A DNA stretch of 64,000 nucleotides, from positions 8,929-72,928 of the forward strand of contig CACDAL010000003.1 of the NCBI GenBank assembly GCA_902550805.1, given 5' to 3'. Below, piece by piece: positions 50,265 to 59,879 of the stretch. Numbering within the stretch: the stretch's first letter is position 1; each line of letters begins with the position of its first letter. The stretch is from an uncultured Pelagibacteraceae bacterium (GTDB lineage: Bacteria; Pseudomonadota; Alphaproteobacteria; Pelagibacterales; Pelagibacteraceae). The notes beneath the pieces were generated by a model, which did no database searches, was not told where the DNA came from, and was given only the letters and a program-made list of their open reading frames with translations. The translations under genes were made by a program, and so were the position numbers.

Positions 50265-51554
50265 TTATTTAGCAAATCCAGTCAATAATGGAATTGTCAT
50301 AGAAAGAGCGGGAAAATATGTAATCAAAAAAATAACTAAAGCTTCCATTGCTAAAAAAGGCAAGATAGCTTTTGCTATTGTTTCTACTCTTTCTCCTGAT
50401 ACTGATGAGGCAACAAATAAAACTAAACCCATCGGTGGAGTAGCTAATCCAACGGTTAAATTAACAGACATAATAATCGCAAAGTGTACAGGGTGTACTC
50501 CGAGCTCAACAAAAACAGGACCAAGAATAGGACCTAAAATTATTATAGCTGGGCCTGCATCAAGAAACATACCAACTATAAATAAAAGTATATTAATCAA
50601 AAACAATAGCATGTAAGGATTGTTGCTCAAACTCAAAACGAACTCTGCAAGATGCTCTGGGGCATGAGATAGGCTTACCACTGTTTTGAAAGCCATAGCA
50701 GCACCTACTAAAAGTAATACTACTGATGAAACCATCGCTGCTTTAGTAAAAACTTTAGGAATCTCGCTCCAAGTTAATGTTTTTAAAACAAACAAACCAA
50801 TAAAGAGAGCATAAGCTGCAGCAACAGCAGATGCCTCGGTAGGAGTAAATATTCCTCCTAAAATTCCTCCTAAAATTATAACTGGAGTCATTAAAGGAAA
50901 AAAAGCTTTTAAAGATGCTTTTCCTCTTTCATTCCATGAAGCTTTTGTAGTTACGGGAGGGAAATTATGACGATTTGCTAAAAATTTTACCATTATCATA
51001 AGACTAACTCCAACCAATATGCCAGGAATAATTCCTGCTAAGAATAATGCGGCAACACTTTCTCCCATAACATATGCATAAATAATCATTATCCCTGATG
51101 GAGGAATGATTGGACCAATAACTGAACTTGCTGCAGTTATAGCTGCTGCAAATTTTTTTGTATAACCTTGTTTTTCCATTGCTGGAATTAACATTGATCC
51201 AATCGCTGAAGTATCTGCCACCGCTGAACCTGATAATCCAGCAAACAACATTGAAGTCAAAATATTAACATGAGCCAAACCTCCTCTTAAATGTCCCATC
51301 ATTGCTTGACTAAATTCAACAAGTCTTAAAGTAATTTTTCCCCTATTCATTAATTCTCCAGCTAACATAAAAAAAGGTATTGCCATTAAAGGAAAGCTAT
51401 CAATTCCATTATAGATGTTTCTATAAAGCATCGCGGCATCCCTACTTTGATCATTCAACCAAAGTAAAATCCCAGGTGCAGCTAAAAGACTAAAAAATAC
51501 CGGAAGACCAATTAACAAAAAAAGTAAGAACAAAGGCAAAAACCATATTAACAT
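50265..51554 (-). CDS. TRAP large permease DctM
   Basis: SFPLMAIPFF, GGLAHV, SGSAVAD, IIPPS, TPTEAS, TPPMG. Confidence 0.95.
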   Translation of the reverse strand: MLIWFLPLFLLFLLIGLPVFFSLLAAPGILLWLNDQSRDAAMLYRNIYNGIDSFPLMAIPFFMLAGELMNRGKITLRLVEFSQAMMGHLRGGLAHVNILTSMLFAGLSGSAVADTSAIGSMLIPAMEKQGYTKKFAAAITAASSVIGPIIPPSGIMIIYAYVMGESVAALFLAGIIPGILVGVSLMIMVKFLANRHNFPPVTTKASWNERGKASLKAFFPLMTPVIILGGILGGIFTPTEASAVAAAYALFIGLFVLKTLTWSEIPKVFTKAAMVSSVVLLLVGAAMAFKTVVSLSHAPEHLAEFVLSLSNNPYMLLFLINILLFIVGMFLDAGPAIIILGPILGPVFVELGVHPVHFAIIMSVNLTVGLATPPMGLVLFVASSVSGERVETIAKAILPFLAMEALVIFLITYFPALSMTIPLLTGFAK

Positions 51555-52151
51555 TTATGCCTCCAGCTTCTCTCTATCTTTATCTAAAGGTAAATCTATT
51601 TTAGAATTAAAAAATGATAAAATATTTCTTAAAGCCAATTCAACATTAACCATTATTAATAAAAATATACCAACAGGCAAAGACATATACATCCACGCCA
51701 ACTTCATAGCTTCTGTTTTTCCCCCAATTAAAGAAAATGGAATTTTTATAGAAGAAGAACTAAATATCCAACCGGCATTTATATGTTTTAATCCCATCTC
51801 AAAACCGATTAACAAAACAGTTAAGGAAACTAATAAAATTAAAAAAATTAAAATATTAGATAAAATTTTAGGCAAAAATCTTTGAAACATATCAATAGAT
51901 ACAAAACCACCCCAACGATAAGCTGAAGGTGCTATTAAACCAGTCATCCATAACATAAAAAATCGAGCCACTTCGTCAGGCCAGGGCAAAGCATTATTTA
52001 AAACATATCTAAAAAATACCTGAATAATAATAACAATTACCATTAATAAAATAGCTATCCAGGCAAGTTGTCGTCCTATACGAAGAATAAAAGTATTAAT
52101 ATTTTGTAAAATATTAAATAATAACAGTAAGGATTTAATCGTAAAATTCAC
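51555..52151 (-). CDS. TRAP small permease DctQ
   Basis: QVFFRYVLN..LPWPDE.AR, V.ID; GTG start. Confidence 0.9.
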   Translation of the reverse strand: MNFTIKSLLLLFNILQNINTFILRIGRQLAWIAILLMVIVIIIQVFFRYVLNNALPWPDEVARFFMLWMTGLIAPSAYRWGGFVSIDMFQRFLPKILSNILIFLILLVSLTVLLIGFEMGLKHINAGWIFSSSSIKIPFSLIGGKTEAMKLAWMYMSLPVGIFLLIMVNVELALRNILSFFNSKIDLPLDKDREKLEA

Positions 52152-52292
52152 AACTCAAGTTATTTTAATAATTTAATAATTTCAACTTTAATAAAGAATA
52201 TTAAATTTTATATAAGATATTTGAAGTTTTTAGTTTATGATGTTATTAAGATTTCTTGATCACTGAAGTTAAATCAATGCATCTATAATAAA

Positions 52293-53258
52293 ATGACAAA
52301 AAAAAAGAAAATATTAGTAATTCAAAAAGTTCATGATAAGGGAATGGAATTAATTAAAAACCATCCTAATTTTATCGTAGATGTAACTGATGATGTTTCA
52401 GAGGAAAACTTGAAAAAAAAAATTGTCGACTGTGATGGAGTATCTGTCAGAATTGCTAAATTATCAGGTGAAGTAATGAATGAAGCAAAAAATTTAAAAA
52501 TTGTTTCAAGACATGGAGTTGGTTATGACAATATTGATTTAAAAAATGCTAAAGAAAGAGATATAAAAATTGCTATCACGGCTAATGCAAATGCAGTTAC
52601 CGTCTCGGAACATGTGATGTTTAATCTATTAAATATTTCAAAAAGAAAAGATTTATTTGACAAAACTGTAAGAGATGGAAATTTTAAAGATAGAAATAAA
52701 CTTCCAAAAACTATTGAGCTTTGGAATAAAAATTTTTTAATAGTTGGATTTGGAAGAATTGGACAATCTTTAATAAAAAGATGTTTGGGTTTTGAAATGA
52801 ACGTATATGTTTATGATCCATATGTTTCAAAAGAAAAAGTTGAATCTATGGAAGGGAAAAAAGTAGAGAATCTTGAAGAAACAATAAAATCTATGGATGT
52901 AATTTCTTTACATATGCCTTTAACAGAAAAAACAAAAAATTTAATAAACTACGAATTGTTAAAAAAGATGAAAAAAAATTGCATTATTATTAATGCAGCA
53001 AGAGGTGGTATAATAAATGAAACTGATCTTGATAAAGCATTAAATGAAAATTTAATTTTTGGTGCTGGTATTGATGTTTTTGAAAAAGAACCTCCAGATG
53101 AAAACAATCCACTTTTGAAAAACGATAAAGTATTTCTAAGTCCTCATACGGCAGCTTTTACAGAAGAATGTATGACAAGAATGGGTATAGAAACAATTCA
53201 AAATATTATTGATTTTTTTGAAAAAAAATTAGACAAATCTAAAATTGTAAAATTGTAG
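52293..53258 (+). CDS. D-2-hydroxyacid dehydrogenase
   Basis: SRHGVGYDNID, V.EH, GFGRIG, INAARGG, SPHTAA.T.E. Confidence 0.88.
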   Translation: MTKKKKILVIQKVHDKGMELIKNHPNFIVDVTDDVSEENLKKKIVDCDGVSVRIAKLSGEVMNEAKNLKIVSRHGVGYDNIDLKNAKERDIKIAITANANAVTVSEHVMFNLLNISKRKDLFDKTVRDGNFKDRNKLPKTIELWNKNFLIVGFGRIGQSLIKRCLGFEMNVYVYDPYVSKEKVESMEGKKVENLEETIKSMDVISLHMPLTEKTKNLINYELLKKMKKNCIIINAARGGIINETDLDKALNENLIFGAGIDVFEKEPPDENNPLLKNDKVFLSPHTAAFTEECMTRMGIETIQNIIDFFEKKLDKSKIVKL

Positions 53259-53259
53259 T

Positions 53260-53760
53260 ATGAAAATAAATTTTAAAAATTTTGGTTTATTAGAATTTTT
53301 AGTTGTAATTTCAGCTGTGTTTGTTGTCAGTATGTTGATATGGACAGCTAGCACTAGACCAGCAGTTGAGGCAAAAGCAAATCTTGTCAAAGAAAATCAC
53401 AATAAGGTTGTAGACTTAATTAATAATGAAGTTAACAAATGTGGTAACGCTGATGAAAGTAAAAAAACTATTTGGGGAGACCCTTGTAATGGTGAGTGGT
53501 TAGCAGATAAAGTCGTCTCTTATATAAATAATAATTTAGATATAAAAAATCCTTTTTCAGAAGATTCTAAAGTTAAAACTGACCCAGACCCAAGAATTAA
53601 GGCCGAGGGAAAAGCAGGACAATCTGTTGAAATGGGAGTTATTTTTTTAATGTCTTCAAATTTTTTACCAGAACCTGGATCCGAATGGATTGTTGGAACA
53701 TGTTTTAAATCTCCATGTGTAGCAGCAGGAAATAATGAGTTAACTTCAATCTATAGATAA
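53260..53760 (+). CDS. Type IV pilin-like protein with atypical prepilin site
   Basis: KN|FGLLEFLVVI plus hydrophobic helix, amphipathic AKAN..KENH..VV, four Cys, KNPF. Confidence 0.55.
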   Translation: MKINFKNFGLLEFLVVISAVFVVSMLIWTASTRPAVEAKANLVKENHNKVVDLINNEVNKCGNADESKKTIWGDPCNGEWLADKVVSYINNNLDIKNPFSEDSKVKTDPDPRIKAEGKAGQSVEMGVIFLMSSNFLPEPGSEWIVGTCFKSPCVAAGNNELTSIYR

Positions 53761-54663
53761 TTAATTTTTAAAGATCTTAATTTTAGATTTATTCAAATTT
53801 TCAGTAAGATATTTATAGCCTTTCTTAGCATATTCAAATGGATTTGCTTTTTCAGGATCTTGCTCTGCCTCGACTACAAGCCAACCCGAATATTCAGTTG
53901 CTTTTAAAATATTAAATAAGGGTAGATAGTCTATACATCCATCACCTGGGACAGTGAATGCACCTTCTAAAAATGCACTTCTAAAACTTAAATCATGCTT
54001 TAAAGAATTTTCTAAAACATTTTTTCTAATATCTTTGCAATGTATATGAATAATTCTTTCGCTATAATCTTTTAATATTTTTTCTGAATTACCTTGAGCA
54101 AAAAGCATGTGGCCAGTGTCTAAAGTTAGCTTTACACTGTCATGTGTATTTTCAATTAATCTTTCTGTGTCATTTTGGTTTTCTATAACCGTTCCCATAT
54201 GATGATGGTAAGCTAAAGGCATGCCTTGATCTTGTAAATATTTTCCCATTTCTGAAATTTTTTTATAATAGTTTTTTGATTCTTCTAAGTCCATTTTTGG
54301 TCTTGTTGATAATTTTCTATTTGGATCGCCTTGAATTGAGCCAAAAACTTCAGCAAATACAATACATGGGGCTTCGCAATCCTTAAATAACTTCAGTTGT
54401 TGTTGTATAGATTTTTTTTCATCATCAACGGTATTTTTTCTTAAGTTCGCTCCATACCAGCCTGAACACAAATTTAAATTAAATTTTTTCAATTTTGGAA
54501 TTAATTCTTCTGACGTTTTTGGAAATTTTCCACCGGACTCTACTCCTATAAATCCTGCTTGACTTGCTTCAGATAAACATTGTTCCAGTGTAGTATTGCC
54601 TCCAAGTTCTGGCATATCATCATTGCTCCAAGCTATCGGTGCTATTCCTAATTTTACTGACAT
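53761..54663 (-). CDS. iolE: myo-inosose-2 dehydratase
   Basis: GIAPIAWSNDD, YHHHMGT, DTGH, HCKD, FTVPGDG, VVEAEQDP. Confidence 0.95.
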   Translation of the reverse strand: MSVKLGIAPIAWSNDDMPELGGNTTLEQCLSEASQAGFIGVESGGKFPKTSEELIPKLKKFNLNLCSGWYGANLRKNTVDDEKKSIQQQLKLFKDCEAPCIVFAEVFGSIQGDPNRKLSTRPKMDLEESKNYYKKISEMGKYLQDQGMPLAYHHHMGTVIENQNDTERLIENTHDSVKLTLDTGHMLFAQGNSEKILKDYSERIIHIHCKDIRKNVLENSLKHDLSFRSAFLEGAFTVPGDGCIDYLPLFNILKATEYSGWLVVEAEQDPEKANPFEYAKKGYKYLTENLNKSKIKIFKN

Positions 54664-54693
54664 CTCGTATATTTTTAGCTAAGATATAAAATC

Positions 54694-55836
54694 ATGACAT
54701 CAATTCAATCAAAAAAACTATTCTTGGGAATAGTTGGTGGCGGACCTAAATCTTGGATCGGCCATGTTCATAGAATAGCATCTAGATTTGATGATCACTA
54801 TGAAGTAGTGGCTGGAGTATTTTCAAGAAATCCAAAATTGTCAAAAAAATTTGGTAAAAGTTTAGGTATTTCTGCTGATAGGTGTTACTCAAATTATAAA
54901 GAAATGGCTGAAAAAGAATCTGTCAAAAAAGATGGTGTAAACGTAGTATCAATAATGACACCTCCGTCTAGTCATCAAATAATTGCGGAAGAATTTATAA
55001 ACAAAAATATACATATAATTTCAGACAAACCTTTTGCAGGAAATTTAAATCAAGCAAAAAAATTATATAAAAAAATTAAATCGAATAAAAAAATTAATTA
55101 TGCTTTGACCCACAATTACTCTGCATATCCTATGGTAAGACAAGCTAAACATTTAGTTGAAAAAGGAAAAATTGGAAAGATTGAATATATAAATGTTGAA
55201 TATATACAAGATTGGTTAAAAGGAATTAATTTAACAACAAAAAATGCAAAAAAAATTCTTAAATGGAAAATAGATAAAAAAATAGTTGGTGCTTCTGCTG
55301 TTTTAAATGAAATAGGCTCACACGCTTATCATTTGGCAATTTATATTTCTGGATTAAGAGGAGATAAAATCTTTGCTGACATTAAAAATTTTTCAAAAAA
55401 AATAAAAGGAGATGCTAATGCACAAGCTATGGTCAATTTTAATAATCAAGCAAAGGGAATGTTTTGGATAAGCTCTGTTCCAAGAGGTGGGGTTTATGGT
55501 TTAAAAATTAGAATTTTTGGATCTAAGGGAAGTTTAGAATGGGCTCAAAATAATCCAGGTTATTTAAGATTTAACCCCGCTAGAGGAGCTGTAAGATTGT
55601 TAGAGAAAGGATTTTTTGAAGCTGATTTTTCAAAAAAATTCACAAGAGTTAAGTATGGTCATCCTGAAGGATATTTAGATGCTTTCGCAAATATATATAA
55701 AGAATTCGCTAAATCTTTAACTGCAAAATCTAAGAAAAGATACTTTTATCCTAACGAGGATGAAGGACTCGAAACTGCTAAATTTATAGAAGCATGCAAA
55801 ATTTCTTCCAGAAGAAAAAAATGGGTAAAAATATGA
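54694..55836 (+). CDS. Gfo/Idh/MocA oxidoreductase
   Basis: GIVGGG...IG.VHR, DKP, THNY..YPM, YIQDW, GHPEGY..AFAN.Y. Confidence 0.88.
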   Translation: MTSIQSKKLFLGIVGGGPKSWIGHVHRIASRFDDHYEVVAGVFSRNPKLSKKFGKSLGISADRCYSNYKEMAEKESVKKDGVNVVSIMTPPSSHQIIAEEFINKNIHIISDKPFAGNLNQAKKLYKKIKSNKKINYALTHNYSAYPMVRQAKHLVEKGKIGKIEYINVEYIQDWLKGINLTTKNAKKILKWKIDKKIVGASAVLNEIGSHAYHLAIYISGLRGDKIFADIKNFSKKIKGDANAQAMVNFNNQAKGMFWISSVPRGGVYGLKIRIFGSKGSLEWAQNNPGYLRFNPARGAVRLLEKGFFEADFSKKFTRVKYGHPEGYLDAFANIYKEFAKSLTAKSKKRYFYPNEDEGLETAKFIEACKISSRRKKWVKI

Positions 55837-56834
55837 TAAATGTAGCTTTATTTGGTCTAGGAAGAATTGGGCAATTGCATGCTAAAAATTTGAATAATCA
55901 TCCAAAAATTAATTTAAAATATATTTACGATATTGATAATAATTTATCAAAAAAATTATCTAATAAATTTAAATGCTTATCAATTAAAAATCCAAAAACT
56001 GCTATGGAAGACAAAAGTATTGATTCCATTTTTATATCCACAAGTACTCCGACACATATAAAATTTATAATTGAGGCAGCTAAACATAAAAAAGTAATAT
56101 TTTGCGAAAAACCTTTAGATTTAGATATCAATAAAGTTAACAAATGTAAAAAAATTATAAAAAAATTTAAACCAAAGATACAATTAGGGTTTAACAGAAG
56201 ATATGATCCAGGACACAATTCACTAAAATTATATTTAAAAAATGGAAAAATAGGTAAATTAGAAAAAATAATTATAACAAGCAGAGACCCTTCTCCTCCG
56301 CCTATTAGATTGTTGAAACAATCAGGAACTATCTTTAGAGATATGATGATTCACGATTTTGATCTAGCTAGATTTTACCTTGATAAGGATGAATTTGATT
56401 TTGTATTTGCAACAGGAAGCAACATTTCTGATAAAAGATTTAATAAATATAAGGATTTTGAGTTAGCTACATGTGTTATGAAATCAAAAAATGGAGTTCA
56501 ATGTGTTATCACAAATTCTAGGCATTGTAGTTTTGGCTACGATCAAAGAGTTGAATTGTTTGGAAGTGATGGGATGATTATTTCTGACAATAAAAGAGAG
56601 TTGGAGACAAAGTTATTTTCAAAAAAATCAACAAATGTTAATAAACCTTTGATGTATTTTTTTATCGAAAGGTATGAAGAAGCTTATAAACTTCAGTTAA
56701 ATGATTTGGTTAGAATGATTAAACATAATTCAAAGCCTCTTGCAAATTTTGAAGATGGTAGAAGATCTTTAATATTAGCCGAAAATGCTATTAAATCTTT
56801 AAAAACAAAAAAATTTGAAAAAATAAAATATTAG
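55833..56834 (+). CDS. iolG: myo-inositol 2-dehydrogenase; start trimmed to ATG 55833 (ATGA overlap)
   Basis: GLGRIG..HA, T.TH, CEKP, GFNRRYD, SRDP, DMMIHDFD, NSR...GYDQR.E, FF.ERY. Confidence 0.88.
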   Translation: MINVALFGLGRIGQLHAKNLNNHPKINLKYIYDIDNNLSKKLSNKFKCLSIKNPKTAMEDKSIDSIFISTSTPTHIKFIIEAAKHKKVIFCEKPLDLDINKVNKCKKIIKKFKPKIQLGFNRRYDPGHNSLKLYLKNGKIGKLEKIIITSRDPSPPPIRLLKQSGTIFRDMMIHDFDLARFYLDKDEFDFVFATGSNISDKRFNKYKDFELATCVMKSKNGVQCVITNSRHCSFGYDQRVELFGSDGMIISDNKRELETKLFSKKSTNVNKPLMYFFIERYEEAYKLQLNDLVRMIKHNSKPLANFEDGRRSLILAENAIKSLKTKKFEKIKY

Positions 56835-56931
56835 CAAATTCAACTTATAATAGAAATTGATTGCATTTGCTGCATACCTACTTTCCAATAATCAAATTTC
56901 ATTATTATTTAAATCATGCTAGCTTTCCATT

Positions 56932-56949
56932 TTAAAAGTTAACTTTTAA
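56932..56949. promoter_or_regulatory. Perfect 18-bp palindrome TTAAAAGTTAACTTTTAA upstream of the inositol SBP gene
   Basis: Directly visible just 5' of the GAGGG SD; function inferred only. Confidence 0.35.
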
Positions 56950-56967
56950 CAACGAAGAGGGAAATAA

Positions 56968-57891
56968 ATGAAAACATTAAGAAACTTTCTGTTAACAATC
57001 GCAACATGGGCAGTAATGTCTGTGTCTGCTATGGCAACAGATGTAATAGTTGTTTCGCACGGTCAAGCTAACGACCCTTTCTGGTCAGTGGCTAAAAATG
57101 GAGTTGATAGTGCTTGTAAAGATATGGGAATATCTTGCAAATATACTGCTCCAGGAACATTTGACATGGTTGAAATGGCAAAATTAATCGATAACGCAGT
57201 ATCTCAAAAACCAAAAGGTATTGTAATTACTCTTCCAGACGCTGCTGCTTTAGGAAAGTCTGTTAAAGCTGCAATCGCTGCTGGTATACCTGTAATTTCA
57301 ATGAATTCTGGTTCAGATGACTATGCTTCTTTAGGAATCAGTGCTCACGTTGGACAAACTGAGTTTGAAGCTGGTGTAGGTGGCGGACAAAAAATGAAAG
57401 CTGCTGGTGGAAGTAAAGCATTATGCGTTAACCATGAAGTTGGAAACGTTGCACTAGACAGAAGATGCGCAGGTTTTAAAAAAGGTTTTGGTGGAAGTGT
57501 TGATATTTTAGGTACTTCTAATGACCCGACAGAAATTCAAAAAGCTGTTGCTGCAAAATTAGGTGGTGGATATGACACTATTCTAACTTTAGGCGCTGGA
57601 TTATCTGGCGAAGCAGCATTAAAAGCTTTAGAAGCTGCTGGTAAAGTTGGAAGCGTTAAATTAGGTACATTTGATATGTCGCCTAATATGTTAAAAGCTG
57701 CTGCTGCAGGAAAAGTAGAGTTTTTAATTGACCAACAACAATACTTACAAGGTTATCTACCTATTGCTATCTTTGCACAGTATATGAGATGGGGAACAAT
57801 GCCAGCTGGTGTGGTTATGACTGGACCTGGATTTGTAACTCCTGACAATGCTAGCAAAGTAATTAAGTGGGCAGCTCAAGGTTATAGATAA
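56968..57891 (+). CDS. Sugar ABC substrate-binding protein (CUT2; inositol-binding-like)
   Basis: Signal peptide, VSHGQ..DPFWS, GIPVISMNSG, VGQ.E, DQQQYLQGY; adjacent to iolG/iolE. Confidence 0.88.
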   Translation: MKTLRNFLLTIATWAVMSVSAMATDVIVVSHGQANDPFWSVAKNGVDSACKDMGISCKYTAPGTFDMVEMAKLIDNAVSQKPKGIVITLPDAAALGKSVKAAIAAGIPVISMNSGSDDYASLGISAHVGQTEFEAGVGGGQKMKAAGGSKALCVNHEVGNVALDRRCAGFKKGFGGSVDILGTSNDPTEIQKAVAAKLGGGYDTILTLGAGLSGEAALKALEAAGKVGSVKLGTFDMSPNMLKAAAAGKVEFLIDQQQYLQGYLPIAIFAQYMRWGTMPAGVVMTGPGFVTPDNASKVIKWAAQGYR

Positions 57892-57901
57892 AATATAATT
57901 T

Positions 57902-57938
57902 AAAGGCCTGGCTAAATTTTAGTCAGGCCTTTTTTTTT
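57902..57938 (+). terminator. Intrinsic-terminator-like hairpin after the SBP gene
   Basis: AAAGGCCTGGCTAAA-t-TTTAGTCAGGCCTTT followed by a T run. Confidence 0.85.
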
Positions 57939-57954
57939 AAAACAAATTTATTAA

Positions 57955-59082
57955 ATGTCTGAAAAATCTAAAAGTATTTCTTCAAAAAAAGATTTTATTA
58001 AAGATGAAAGACTTCAAAAAGTTTCAAAATTAAAAGTTTTATTAAATAGACCTGAATTAGGCGCTTTAGGCGGTTCAATACTTGTATTTATATTTTTTGG
58101 TATTGTGGCTGGTGACACAGGAATGTTTAGTGCTTATGGTATGTTAAACTTTTTAGATGTTTCTGCTAATTTAGGAATTATTGCAATTGCAGCTGCAATG
58201 CTAATGATTGGTGGTGAGTTTGATCTTTCAATAGGTTCAATGATTGGTTTTGCTGGAATTTGTATAGCAATCCCAGCTATTTATTGGGGTTGGCCATTAT
58301 GGATAAGTATTGTTTTTGCTTTAGCAATGGCTGTATTAGTTGGATACTTTAATGGTATTTTAGTAGTTAAAACAGGATTGCCTTCCTTTATCGTAACATT
58401 GGCAATGTTATTTATTTTGAGAGGCGCTACTCTAGCTATTACAAGATTAATTACCGGAAGAACCCAAGTTCCAGGTTTAAGAGTATTAATTGAGGACGAT
58501 CCCATTGCTTGGATATTTGCTACAGATACATTTAAATGGTTGTTTGCATGGTTAGGATCAATGAAATTGATTGAATTAAGAACTGATGGAACTCCTTTAG
58601 CTACAGGAATACCTCCATCTGTTATTTGGTTTATTGCACTTACAATTTTTGCAACTTGGATTTTGATGAAAACAAAGTATGGAAATTGGATTTTTGCATC
58701 TGGAGGTGACAAAGTTGGAGCTACTAATGTAGGTGTGCCTGTCGGTAAAGTTAAAATCAGTTTATTTATTGGAACAGCTGTAGCTTCTACTATTTTTGCA
58801 TGTATTCAAGTATTAGATGCTGGATCTGCAGACACTATGAGAGGTACTCTTAAAGAACTAGAAGCAATAGCAGCAGCAGTTGTAGGAGGATGTTTATTAA
58901 CCGGCGGATATGGTTCTGCCATAGGAGCAGCATTTGGAGCATTAATATTTGGAACGGTTTCTATGGGTATTTTTTATACAGATGTAGATACAGATTGGTT
59001 TAAGGTTTTTTTAGGAGCTATGATGTTGATAGCAGTAGTATTTAACAATTATATTAGAAAGAAAGTTACAGAAAGCAAATAA
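57955..59082 (+). CDS. Sugar ABC permease (CUT2)
   Basis: [42 protein letters not shown]. Confidence 0.93.
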   Translation: MSEKSKSISSKKDFIKDERLQKVSKLKVLLNRPELGALGGSILVFIFFGIVAGDTGMFSAYGMLNFLDVSANLGIIAIAAAMLMIGGEFDLSIGSMIGFAGICIAIPAIYWGWPLWISIVFALAMAVLVGYFNGILVVKTGLPSFIVTLAMLFILRGATLAITRLITGRTQVPGLRVLIEDDPIAWIFATDTFKWLFAWLGSMKLIELRTDGTPLATGIPPSVIWFIALTIFATWILMKTKYGNWIFASGGDKVGATNVGVPVGKVKISLFIGTAVASTIFACIQVLDAGSADTMRGTLKELEAIAAAVVGGCLLTGGYGSAIGAAFGALIFGTVSMGIFYTDVDTDWFKVFLGAMMLIAVVFNNYIRKKVTESK

Positions 59083-59879
59083 TGTCTGAATATTTAGTTG
59101 AATTTAACAATATAAGTAAATTTTTTGGAAAAGTTATTGCTCTTAAAGATGTAACAATGAAAGTTAAAAAAGGAGAAATTATGTGCTTATTAGGTGATAA
59201 TGGCGCAGGTAAATCAACTTTAATAAAAACTTTATCTGGTGTTCATAAACCTGATGAGGGTGAAATAATTGTTGAAGGTGAAAATACAATTTTTGATTCA
59301 CCAAAAGATGCATTGGATATGGGTATAGCGACTGTTTACCAAGATTTAGCCTTGGTTTCTTTGATGAGCGTTACTAGAAATTTCTTTATGGGAAGAGAAC
59401 CTCAAAAAGGTTTTTCTTTTTTAAAAACTTTTGACATAGAAAAAGCAAACAAAATTGCTGCAGATCGTATGGGTCAAATTGGAATAGACGTAAGAGACCC
59501 TTCTCAAGCAGTTGGGACAATGTCTGGAGGTGAGAGACAATGTCTTGCAATATCAAGAGCTATATATTTTGGTGCAAAAGTTTTAATACTTGATGAACCA
59601 ACTTCAGCACTGGGAGTACATCAGGCTTCTGTAGTTTTAAAATATATTGTTAAAGCTGCCTCTCAAGGTTTGGCTGTTATTTTAATAACTCATAATGTCC
59701 ATCACGCTTATCCGGTTGGTAATAGTTTTACTGTTTTAAATAGAGGAAAAAGCTTAGGAACATATACTAAAGAAAAATTATCAAGAGAAAAATTATTAGG
59801 AATGATGGCTGGAGGAGAAGAGTTAGACAAACTTGAAGTGGAGCTCCAAGAGATGGACAGAATTAATAAAAAAAATTAA
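59082..59879 (+). CDS. Sugar ABC ATP-binding protein (single NBD)
   Basis: [33 protein letters not shown]. Confidence 0.93.
   Translation: MSEYLVEFNNISKFFGKVIALKDVTMKVKKGEIMCLLGDNGAGKSTLIKTLSGVHKPDEGEIIVEGENTIFDSPKDALDMGIATVYQDLALVSLMSVTRNFFMGREPQKGFSFLKTFDIEKANKIAADRMGQIGIDVRDPSQAVGTMSGGERQCLAISRAIYFGAKVLILDEPTSALGVHQASVVLKYIVKAASQGLAVILITHNVHHAYPVGNSFTVLNRGKSLGTYTKEKLSREKLLGMMAGGEELDKLEVELQEMDRINKKN

Noticed and set aside
52160-52185. Short TTTAATAA tandem repeat
   Set aside because: Low-complexity AT sequence expected by chance.
56835-56931. IolR operator (two CTTTCCA half-sites)
   Set aside because: No matching GGAA arm at a suitable spacing and no RpiR/IolR gene in the window.
2053-58712. 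Short alternative-frame or antisense ORFs in the track (e.g. 2053, 6220, 7513, 10773, 18867, 22182, 25340, 28706, 31199, 31622, 32771, 37930, 49670, 55925, 58281)
   Set aside because: All are nested in or overlap recognisable genes, have no motifs, and are typical antisense shadows.
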